DNA of 64,000 nucleotides from a virus: UHGV virus genome UHGV-0311442; one strand, 5' to 3'. Shown piece by piece: positions 55,969 to 64,000 of this stretch (position 1 is its first letter; each line of letters starts with the position of its first letter). The notes under the pieces were generated by a model. It saw only the letters and a program-made list of their open reading frames with translations, ran no database searches and was not told where the DNA came from. The position numbers and the translations under genes were made by a program.

Positions 55969-57267
55969 ATGAGTGACGAGACAGATAAGAACGATCCGGG
56001 GTATGACCCGAATACTGATTACGACGATTCTCTCCACAATCCGAATAACGCGGACGCAGTGCCTTCGGTCGCAGGGTATTTCGACGGACGGATTAGTAAT
56101 ACTAACCCCCCGACGCCCTACGACGCTAATACTGAACTTACGGCATGGAACGATCGTATCCGTCTTACTGTAGGTTTGGGTCTTGCTGCGCAGCGTTTGA
56201 CCAACCCCTACATGGGGTTCAACCATATGATGGCGTCTAACCCCACGCCAATCAACCGAGAATACGGTGGACTAACTTTTATTACCCGGCCCGATTTTAA
56301 CCTGTGCTACGACAACATTGCTAAGTCTCGTAAAATGTCGAACATGGCAATGCAGCCAAAGGACTCCATAGATTATTCGATATTAGCTGCGCTTGACCCC
56401 GATTTTGAACTCGGGTTTACAGACGCACCTATGGAAAACGGCAGGCGGAAGAATCGCTTAGGTACGCCGTTTATGCCCCAAGTAAAATTCGATAATCTAC
56501 AAGCGTTCATACCAATACTCAGTACGCAGCTGATTAGCCTTAGTGGTGCACCCGATCAGTCTATTGATAACTGGATGGCAAGTGAAGGTTTAATGCGTGA
56601 ACAGTGGGGGATGGTTGACTCTACCCACGAAGTTAACAACAGCTTTTCCATCAGCATGTCATTAAACAACCCCTATGGCGACCCATTAATGAAAATGATG
56701 GGCGTGTGGCTGGAGTATATGTCTGGTGTGAAGATGGGTAAATTCCGTCCGAAGATGCGTAACTCCATTCAACGCAGAATCGATTATCAATCGCGAATTT
56801 ACGGGATGCGTTACGATGCCCTAGGAAACATCACCCGTTTCTGGACGATTTGTGTCGCTTGGCCAATGAACGATAACGCAGGACAAATGGCGAACGTTGA
56901 TAACTCCAAACCACAGTTAAACGACGACGTTACGATTACTATTAACTGGCAAGCTATCGGAGCACGGTTTAACGATCCACTATACATGGAAATGTTTAAC
57001 CGCACCGTCTCCATTTTTAATCCGGATATGCTCCCGCAGCCAGGCTCTATTCAATCGGGCAACTTCATCCCGATTGCTAGTGACCAATTAGTACCCATCG
57101 CGCCACAATTGCTGCCGTTGTTTAACTATTACGGTTATCCGCACATCGATTCCGTACGACGCAAACTTACCTGGTATGTTTACCAGGCAGACTACCAACA
57201 CATTCTCAAGAAAGCGGGATTACTGGATAACGCTAATGCCGCTTCACTACCGACAGGTAATAACTGA
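55969..57267 (+). CDS. Hypothetical protein (432 aa), possibly structural
   Basis: GGAG 8 nt upstream; stop overlaps next start (TGATG). Confidence 0.75.
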   Translation: MSDETDKNDPGYDPNTDYDDSLHNPNNADAVPSVAGYFDGRISNTNPPTPYDANTELTAWNDRIRLTVGLGLAAQRLTNPYMGFNHMMASNPTPINREYGGLTFITRPDFNLCYDNIAKSRKMSNMAMQPKDSIDYSILAALDPDFELGFTDAPMENGRRKNRLGTPFMPQVKFDNLQAFIPILSTQLISLSGAPDQSIDNWMASEGLMREQWGMVDSTHEVNNSFSISMSLNNPYGDPLMKMMGVWLEYMSGVKMGKFRPKMRNSIQRRIDYQSRIYGMRYDALGNITRFWTICVAWPMNDNAGQMANVDNSKPQLNDDVTITINWQAIGARFNDPLYMEMFNRTVSIFNPDMLPQPGSIQSGNFIPIASDQLVPIAPQLLPLFNYYGYPHIDSVRRKLTWYVYQADYQHILKKAGLLDNANAASLPTGNN

Positions 57268-60221
57268 TGAGTTCTACGACTTACGATACTTTGGCAAAGA
57301 ACATATTGTTGTTTGCCCACCATCCGGCAGCGATGCAAACACTGCTCTTGAATCAGCTTCTGGATGTAGAAGACGCCGAAGGCCAAATAGTGTTACGTGA
57401 CCCAACAGACCCTGTTGTTTATTTGGCGGAAATGGGGACAATGCTGGGCCATGCAACGCTTATGGGATTGCAAGAATCGGTGCCAAAGACATTTCCGTCG
57501 ATGGCGCAAACGTACGACGATCTGTTCCGACATATGTCCGATGTGGACTACGTTGATGTGTTCGCCCAACCTTCAACCACCGAGTTGTTGTTATTAATCG
57601 ATGTTGATAGTTTAATCTCCAAGGCGTACCCTTTACAAATAGCAGGTGTACGTAAGGTTGTTATCCCACGTGACACAGTTTTCACGGTTTCAGGTTACAC
57701 CTTTGCCATCCAGTACCCGATTGAAATCAGGGTACTTCCTTACGGTACCAATGAAAACCCAGCGTTTCAGGTTCTATGGATTACCGAAACACAGTCACCT
57801 ATTTCTCCTGTGTCGACGAATGCGCTGGACTGGGAGTTGACGTCGTCTAACACCACGGCTTCGCAACTGTTGGCAATCCATATCCCCGTCATGCAGTACG
57901 CGGTGAAGAACGAAAGTGACACCGTTGCGGGGAAAAATACCTTTGTCATGACCCGCCATTACACTAACAAATTTTTCTACGTAAGGGTGTGGATGAAATC
58001 AACCAACGATAACAAGTGGGTTGAAATTCAGCATACGCACAGTCGTGACGTTTACGACCCCAACACCCCAACCGCGTTAATCCAGGTCGGTGACGGTGTT
58101 ATACGGTGTACTATCCCCTCGATCTACATGGCGAAGAATTTGGTCAGCGGCGAAATTCGTATGGATATCTACACGACCTTAGGGCCTTTAAGTGTCGATA
58201 TCTCGGCTTATCCGTCTGACGAATACACGTTTACATTGCGTGATTTAAACGGCGAATACGACGAAAACTACGTTAACCCGATTAAGAGTTTTTCCATCAA
58301 ACAGATGGCTGCAAAAGCAGGTAAAATGTTGTCAGGTGGTCGTAGCCAGCTCACGTTCGAAGATTTGCGTACACGTGTAGTCAATAACGCTGTAGGTGCA
58401 CGAAAACTCCCTGTAACGGAGAAACAATTAGAAGCAACAGTTTCTGATTACGGTCTAACGTTGTCGAAACCAAACGACTATGTTACTAGCCGTACATACT
58501 TCTTAACGGCACCGATGCTCGAATCGACAATTCCTAATGTCAGTTCTCCCATCGGGACAATCACGGCACCGTTCTATTTCTCCTGGAATGAATTGGTTAA
58601 TCTACCAACGGTAAAGGTTAACGGTAATCGCCTGACGATTCTTCCTGATACACTTTATCGATTCACCGACACCAGCTTGACGGTTGATGCGGAAATGACG
58701 GTCTTGGCAAAAACCATGCGTAAAGAAGATTTGATTAACGCGGCCAACGCTAATCGTTATCTCTTTACGCCATTCCATTACGTTGTGGATATCAACAATA
58801 AAGCCATTGATGTTCGTATTTATCAATTAGATAAACCGACATTAAATTCCAAACGCTTTATTGCCACTAACGTAAGCACAGAACTCAGCGTGGTAACAGC
58901 CGACTACACTATCGAAAAGACCGAAGCAGGTTATGTTTTGCGTACCGTAACGAAGTCGGAGGCACCTTATCAAGCACTGACTGACGACCAAGTTTTTGCA
59001 CAGCTATCGTTCCGTCCACGTAACGCAGACAACACCTTAGCGTACATCAACGGTACGTTAGTCGGTAAGCAGGGTAGCGAACGTGTATGGGAGTTCCTAC
59101 TGGAAACCAACCTGGACGTTGACCGTAATGACGAATTGGTACTAACGAACACACGCATTAGTAGTAGCACGGCCACGGAAACGCCTGTACCGCTGACAAC
59201 AGACTTCAACCTGTTCTACGGCTGCACGGGTTATTATCCCGGTAATTACGAACGTGCGGAAATGGATGCGTTAATCACTGCCCCATCACGTGATGCGATT
59301 GGGATTACCCATGAGATTTTCAAAATCGAATTGGGTAAGGCAATGACGTACTACTGGCGTAAAGCGCGTGCTGTTACTGACAGTATTAACTACCAGTATT
59401 ACGAACAAGACGTGATGGCAACGTGGGAGATCGATGTTGTTAAACGTGATGAAAACGGTGTACCGATCTACACCTACGATGCAGGTCGCACACCGCCACT
59501 TCAAATTACGTACGAACATCGTAAAGGTGATCCTAAACTTGACGAAGCTGGAGAACAGATCGTCCTACATCGTGAAGGAGACTTAGTTAAAGACGAGTTC
59601 GGCAATCCGAAAATCGCGAAATCACGTTCTATCAAATTCCGGAGTGAGATGGCAGTATTCGATGCGCGATATAAATTCGCGACGACACCTTCTGCAAAAT
59701 CGTACCTGAATGAAGTTATCGAAAACATCGTTAACTACGTTACGGTAATACTCCCGACTTTGAAACCTATGTTGTTAGAACGTACCGAAGGTTACTTTGT
59801 GCCGATTACAACAATGGGGTATATCGACGCCCGTACCGAGGACGGGGTAGTAACGCCTGTCCCTGCGGAAAACCAGTTCACAGTGCGTTACTACCTAACA
59901 GCTGCTAACCGTAATAACACCGAGCTCTTAACGCAGATTCGTAAGAAAACGTCTCAGGTTATCAATGATTACTTGGGTAGTCATCTAACAATCTCTGCAA
60001 CAGAAATCGGTAATGCGTTGAGTGAAACCCTCGATGCGTCTATTATCGGTGTTGAACTCGATGCTATGGGACCAGATAAAGACATGCGTCTCTTTACCGT
60101 TGTTTCGGAAGCATCAAGAGCAACTATAGGTAAAAAGCTGGACATTGAGGCCAGCGGCGACATCGGACTTAAAGACGATATCGTTATTGTCTATAACCGT
60201 CACGATACTACCGCCGATTAA
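57267..60221 (+). CDS. Large hypothetical protein (984 aa), possibly structural
   Basis: ORF coupled to 55969..57267; strong terminator downstream. Confidence 0.8.
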   Translation: MSSTTYDTLAKNILLFAHHPAAMQTLLLNQLLDVEDAEGQIVLRDPTDPVVYLAEMGTMLGHATLMGLQESVPKTFPSMAQTYDDLFRHMSDVDYVDVFAQPSTTELLLLIDVDSLISKAYPLQIAGVRKVVIPRDTVFTVSGYTFAIQYPIEIRVLPYGTNENPAFQVLWITETQSPISPVSTNALDWELTSSNTTASQLLAIHIPVMQYAVKNESDTVAGKNTFVMTRHYTNKFFYVRVWMKSTNDNKWVEIQHTHSRDVYDPNTPTALIQVGDGVIRCTIPSIYMAKNLVSGEIRMDIYTTLGPLSVDISAYPSDEYTFTLRDLNGEYDENYVNPIKSFSIKQMAAKAGKMLSGGRSQLTFEDLRTRVVNNAVGARKLPVTEKQLEATVSDYGLTLSKPNDYVTSRTYFLTAPMLESTIPNVSSPIGTITAPFYFSWNELVNLPTVKVNGNRLTILPDTLYRFTDTSLTVDAEMTVLAKTMRKEDLINAANANRYLFTPFHYVVDINNKAIDVRIYQLDKPTLNSKRFIATNVSTELSVVTADYTIEKTEAGYVLRTVTKSEAPYQALTDDQVFAQLSFRPRNADNTLAYINGTLVGKQGSERVWEFLLETNLDVDRNDELVLTNTRISSSTATETPVPLTTDFNLFYGCTGYYPGNYERAEMDALITAPSRDAIGITHEIFKIELGKAMTYYWRKARAVTDSINYQYYEQDVMATWEIDVVKRDENGVPIYTYDAGRTPPLQITYEHRKGDPKLDEAGEQIVLHREGDLVKDEFGNPKIAKSRSIKFRSEMAVFDARYKFATTPSAKSYLNEVIENIVNYVTVILPTLKPMLLERTEGYFVPITTMGYIDARTEDGVVTPVPAENQFTVRYYLTAANRNNTELLTQIRKKTSQVINDYLGSHLTISATEIGNALSETLDASIIGVELDAMGPDKDMRLFTVVSEASRATIGKKLDIEASGDIGLKDDIVIVYNRHDTTAD

Positions 60222-60225
60222 GAAA

Positions 60226-60278
60226 AAATAATAAAAGTTACCCTACTCCTTCTGGAGTAGGGTAATCTTTTTTAATCG
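60226..60278 (+). terminator. Rho-independent terminator, bidirectional
   Basis: 11-bp stem TACCCTACTCC/GGAGTAGGGTA, loop TTCT, then ATCTTTTTT; A-run before. Confidence 0.85.
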
Positions 60279-61942
60279 ACTAATTTATTGAACTTCCCAC
60301 CCTTCACAAGTGGGTTGGACTTGGCACGCTTCAACACCGTTGCCATAGACCCTGCGGCCTTGCACCACATGTTAATCATGTTTGCACTGTGCGCAACAGA
60401 ATCCCAGACATTACGGTCAGGGTTTAACACCATCATCGTGGTCAATTCACGACCGTGAAGGTTAAAGTTTTCCCCTCGCGTCACTTGGTCTTTAAACGCC
60501 TGTTCCATCGCCTGCCATTTCTGAGTGTCAACACCAGAACGTGATTGACGTGCCATCTCTTTCAAGGTTTTTACAACCTGATCGACACGTTTTTCTAGCA
60601 CCTTATACTTGTCCAGCGCAGTATTCGCTACACCATCCGAGATACCACTACGTGCCAGTGTAATCAGACATGCTAACAACTCACGATAGTCACCGTTACT
60701 TAAGCTCAACTCCTGGCGCATCATCTCCAGGTTTGTCGTGGAGCCAAAGAAAGAGTTAGCACCGATTGATGCAATCATCCAACCGTTGTCTAATTCACGT
60801 GTGGTATAGCCGAGAAGCTCAACCTTGTCTTTTACACGCAAAATTGGACCAGGGCTACCTTTCTGTCGACCGAATTCCGTGGCAGAATATTCAATTCGAC
60901 CATTGATCTCACCTAACGCACGAACCAAATGCACCGCAGCAACTTGGTTCTCTTGCGGTGTACCTACCTTCGGGTTATTCGACAGGTAATAGGTTTTGAT
61001 GTCTTTCAGCGACTGGTCTAAGTCCTGAAGCGCACCGGCAAAACTGTCGAGAATCGTGCTCATTAAGTTGAACTGAATATCTGACGGAATGTTCACCCCA
61101 GCACGCTTCACATCAGGCGGCAAGCCATTATAGACTTCCTCAGCAACCCCGAAGTCAAATACACCGTAACCGATGTTCGTCCGTAGCAGCGTATCGAGCA
61201 GATCCTGAATAACCTGCAGCTCATTCTGCCGACGTTTAAGATGGTTCTTAAACGTATCGATAAACGGTGATTTACCTAACGCAGCGGCGAGTTTATTTAG
61301 AAACTCTTCAGCTTCCATGTTCACGAAAACGTCGTCAGCCAGCGAAAGAGATAACTCCAGGTTGCTTAACTCGCTGTCTTTCAAACCTTTTGACAGTACC
61401 AGATAAACTTCTTTCAGTACGGTTGTTTTCAAACGCTCTGTGAAAGGAACATCGGCCAACTTCTCTTCCAGTTTCTCGCGATAGTCGTTCCCGTCAATGT
61501 TCGCAGCACCTGCAAAAGGAACAGCGTTGCTGATAATCCAACTGAGGATTTTCATTATTCCCATCATCACCATCACGATGAGGCTAATCTTACCAAAATT
61601 AGCGTAAGACTCTAATGCCACCACCGTTTCTTTCTGGTGTGTTTTGGAATAATTCGACGTCAGTACACTTTGTACCGCCTTCGGGATTGTGCCAGGACGC
61701 AACGATTCAGTCGCTACAGCAACATCACGGTTCAACCCTGCTTTACGTATTTCCCGTAAGATCGCTTCAATCTGCGCGATAAGACGAGAGCCGTAAATCA
61801 GGTCTGCTTCATTACGTTGCATGTAGAGATTGAGTTGGCTAACAGAATCGATGCGTTCTTCCATGCGCTGTTCTAATAGTGCAGGAAGTTCATCGAGCTT
61901 CCACTGCGGTTGCGCAATGTTTGCTGTCATCTCCATACTCAT
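60272..61942 (-). CDS. Membrane-associated protein (about 556 aa); start set to ATG at 61942
   Basis: ATGA overlap with the stop of 61939..62382; TM segment ISLIVMVMMGIMKILSWIISNAV. Confidence 0.65.
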   Translation of the reverse strand: MSMEMTANIAQPQWKLDELPALLEQRMEERIDSVSQLNLYMQRNEADLIYGSRLIAQIEAILREIRKAGLNRDVAVATESLRPGTIPKAVQSVLTSNYSKTHQKETVVALESYANFGKISLIVMVMMGIMKILSWIISNAVPFAGAANIDGNDYREKLEEKLADVPFTERLKTTVLKEVYLVLSKGLKDSELSNLELSLSLADDVFVNMEAEEFLNKLAAALGKSPFIDTFKNHLKRRQNELQVIQDLLDTLLRTNIGYGVFDFGVAEEVYNGLPPDVKRAGVNIPSDIQFNLMSTILDSFAGALQDLDQSLKDIKTYYLSNNPKVGTPQENQVAAVHLVRALGEINGRIEYSATEFGRQKGSPGPILRVKDKVELLGYTTRELDNGWMIASIGANSFFGSTTNLEMMRQELSLSNGDYRELLACLITLARSGISDGVANTALDKYKVLEKRVDQVVKTLKEMARQSRSGVDTQKWQAMEQAFKDQVTRGENFNLHGRELTTMMVLNPDRNVWDSVAHSANMINMWCKAAGSMATVLKRAKSNPLVKGGKFNKLVD

Positions 61943-62382
61943 ACCAGCTCGCCTCGCGTTTCTTCCATATAGAATTTCACCGTTTCCATGAAACGTTCCA
62001 GCCACAGATTGACGGTATCCCATACGTCGTCACCCAAAGCTTCATTGAAAATCTCACGGACAGAGAAATTCTCAATAGCACGACGACCACCCCAAGCGCT
62101 ATCGTAGCGGTTACAAAACAGAGCCACTGTCAAATCTTCAATGCTGCCCAGATCGACACAATAAAGCTCGTTTACATCCGAAACAACATTTTTCATCAGT
62201 GGGCGGAGTTTTAGCTGCGACACTTCATTCGACCCAAACGGACCATTATCAGGCATATCGGTATTATAAGCCAATGCGAATGCGACCAGGCCAGTCAGTG
62301 CGCGTTGTGCCTGTACACCTTTACCCTCGTTCGTACGTTTAAAGTCCAGAACCAGGGAATTTAAAGAAACTTTATGCGTCAT
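61939..62382 (-). CDS. Hypothetical protein (147 aa)
   Basis: ORF between the peptidase and the membrane protein. Confidence 0.6.
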   Translation of the reverse strand: MTHKVSLNSLVLDFKRTNEGKGVQAQRALTGLVAFALAYNTDMPDNGPFGSNEVSQLKLRPLMKNVVSDVNELYCVDLGSIEDLTVALFCNRYDSAWGGRRAIENFSVREIFNEALGDDVWDTVNLWLERFMETVKFYMEETRGELV

Positions 62383-62396
62383 GATTTTACCTTTAC

Positions 62397-63764
62397 TTAT
62401 TCGACATTAAACATGGCTGAAGCAATACGAAGATCGTTCGACATATACTTCCCAATCGCGCGCTGGTAATCAACTGCAGCACGTGAGCGACGACCCTTCG
62501 GCGTTAAAGTATTCCAGATAAACTGGTACAAGTTATCTTTGTCTTTTACGGTTTCTAATAACTTGTCGATAACCGCAATACCATCTAAAATACGTTTACG
62601 TTGCTCGTTAGCAGCTTTCGTATTCTTGTCTTTAATCGTATTGAGTTCTTCAACGAGTGTACGTCGCATTGCCTCAAAACGCTGCTGTGGCGGATCGTAA
62701 ATGGTGTTATCCGGGTCATTTAAGATCATTCCGAAAGTCACGGAGATCACCGGAATAATTGGAATCGTAGAAGAGACTATCAGCGCAGTCACGCGGAAAA
62801 GTTCTACTGTCAAATGGACACCCATGTTCATATACGCTGAGTTCCGCAGCAAATAGAACGAACTGGTTTCCATTTTATACAGTGCAGAGGCCAGATAAGG
62901 AGCGCCTCCGAAACGGGAAGCAAAATCATCCGCAGCACGTTCCCACGTCCTGTTAGCAAAGCCTTGACTACCGCTAATGAACGGACGATCTAATAACAGC
63001 TGTGTGACCAAGTGCATGTAGACGTTTTCTTTTTTGTACTCAGTACAAATCGTTTCTGGCTGATTCACTTTCGTGTTCAGCATCTTCTCTACGTCTTTAA
63101 CAATGCGCAAGCGGACAGTTTGGTCTTCTGTTTCCATGATGCGGTTAGCCGCAGCATCTGCCAGCAAATCAGTCACCACAGTGCGCATCAGTGTACGGAA
63201 ATAATAGTAGATGTGCCCGACTTCGTGAAGAATCACCGAGGCGATTTCCAGATCGGTCAAATTTAATTTTTCCAACAGCACCGGGGTAAGATAAAGCGGA
63301 GAACCCACTTTGCTTAGATCGCCGCTGATTTTTGCACTGCTGTCATCGATTGTTGTGTTTAGCTCGTTTTCTTTGATGAATTTACTGTACATATCCAGGT
63401 CTTTGTTACCTGCGTACAGCGCACGAGTCATCGAAGCGATGATTGGACTGTTTGCATCCAATTTCGGTGGTTCCACACCTGCAAAAGCAACGTCAGCAAG
63501 ACCCAGTTCACCACCGTTCTTAAAGTGAATCGTAATGCCGATATTCTTAAATACCCAATCCGAAACCCCGGCACTTTCGTAGCCAGCAGGACTGAAATCG
63601 CCTGCTCCACGAAACTTAGCAATAATATCAGCCAATTCTGCCAGCTTCTTTTTGTCTTGGAATTTAATCGATTCTGCGGCTACAACCTTTGCATCCGCAA
63701 CTGATGCAATGTGATTTTGCCAATATCCCATTTGTGTTTCCTTTTGAGAAATTACATTACCCAC
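62397..63764 (-). CDS. M48-like zinc metallopeptidase (455 aa)
   Basis: HEVGH motif followed about 95 aa later by ERAADDFA (M48 third zinc-ligand signature E-x-x-A-D-x-F-A), then a hydrophobic stretch. Confidence 0.65.
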   Translation of the reverse strand: MGNVISQKETQMGYWQNHIASVADAKVVAAESIKFQDKKKLAELADIIAKFRGAGDFSPAGYESAGVSDWVFKNIGITIHFKNGGELGLADVAFAGVEPPKLDANSPIIASMTRALYAGNKDLDMYSKFIKENELNTTIDDSSAKISGDLSKVGSPLYLTPVLLEKLNLTDLEIASVILHEVGHIYYYFRTLMRTVVTDLLADAAANRIMETEDQTVRLRIVKDVEKMLNTKVNQPETICTEYKKENVYMHLVTQLLLDRPFISGSQGFANRTWERAADDFASRFGGAPYLASALYKMETSSFYLLRNSAYMNMGVHLTVELFRVTALIVSSTIPIIPVISVTFGMILNDPDNTIYDPPQQRFEAMRRTLVEELNTIKDKNTKAANEQRKRILDGIAVIDKLLETVKDKDNLYQFIWNTLTPKGRRSRAAVDYQRAIGKYMSNDLRIASAMFNVE

Positions 63765-63801
63765 AAATCAGTATAGCAGCCGCTAGATTTGAGAGTGAAA
63801 T

Positions 63802-64000
63802 CATGAATAACTATTACGCACCGGAAGACGTTATTGCCAAGGAGTGCAAGTTTGTTTCTTACGCAACCGATCAGCAGAAAGAAAACGACTTCGTGCTCAT
63901 AAAGGAGGTCGTCCATACTAAAGATGGCAGATATATCCCACGAATTGTCATGCGTGAAAATCTGAAACGGCCCATCTACATTACTTTACCACAGCATCGT
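63802..64000 (+). CDS. Hypothetical protein, 5' part only (runs off window end)
   Basis: ATG at 63802; open to the window end (MNNYYAPEDVIAKECKF...). Confidence 0.45.

Noticed and set aside
25488-60221. Multisubunit RNA polymerase subunits among the large ORFs
   Set aside because: No NADFDGD or other beta/beta-prime signatures were found in any large ORF.

Overview
This window reads as a densely packed segment of a large virulent tailed phage (Caudoviricetes), probably of an enterobacterial host judging by E. coli-like codon usage, GGAG-type ribosome-binding sites and a Dam methylase close to E. coli Dam. About 75 genes, almost all on the minus strand, with 1-4 nt stop/start overlaps and many hairpin-plus-U-tract terminators. 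Left part (about 4-24 kb) is an early/auxiliary region: Dam N6-adenine methyltransferase, thymidylate kinase, three GNAT acetyltransferases, a RuvC-like resolvase, an HTH regulator, a SLOG/DprA-like protein and many small proteins. The far left holds a 1190-aa long tail fibre with 39-aa repeats and the start of a second fibre gene. Right part (about 24-64 kb) holds large, presumably virion-structural genes, including a 764-aa codon-optimised protein, two paralogous acidic 420-aa proteins, dihydrofolate reductase and an M48-like zinc metallopeptidase. No rRNA, tRNA or CRISPR array was found. Best candidates for undescribed biology: a conserved 30-bp promoter-like motif (AGAT-N13-TGAGA plus a 5' hairpin) upstream of at least five genes; an array of structured hairpin units with a covarying stem interleaved with small paralogous basic ORFs at 40.2-41.2 kb; the paralogous acidic proteins with a nucleotide-identical 5' end; and the M48-peptidase membrane operon. 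All functional calls are from motif reading only, with no database search run.
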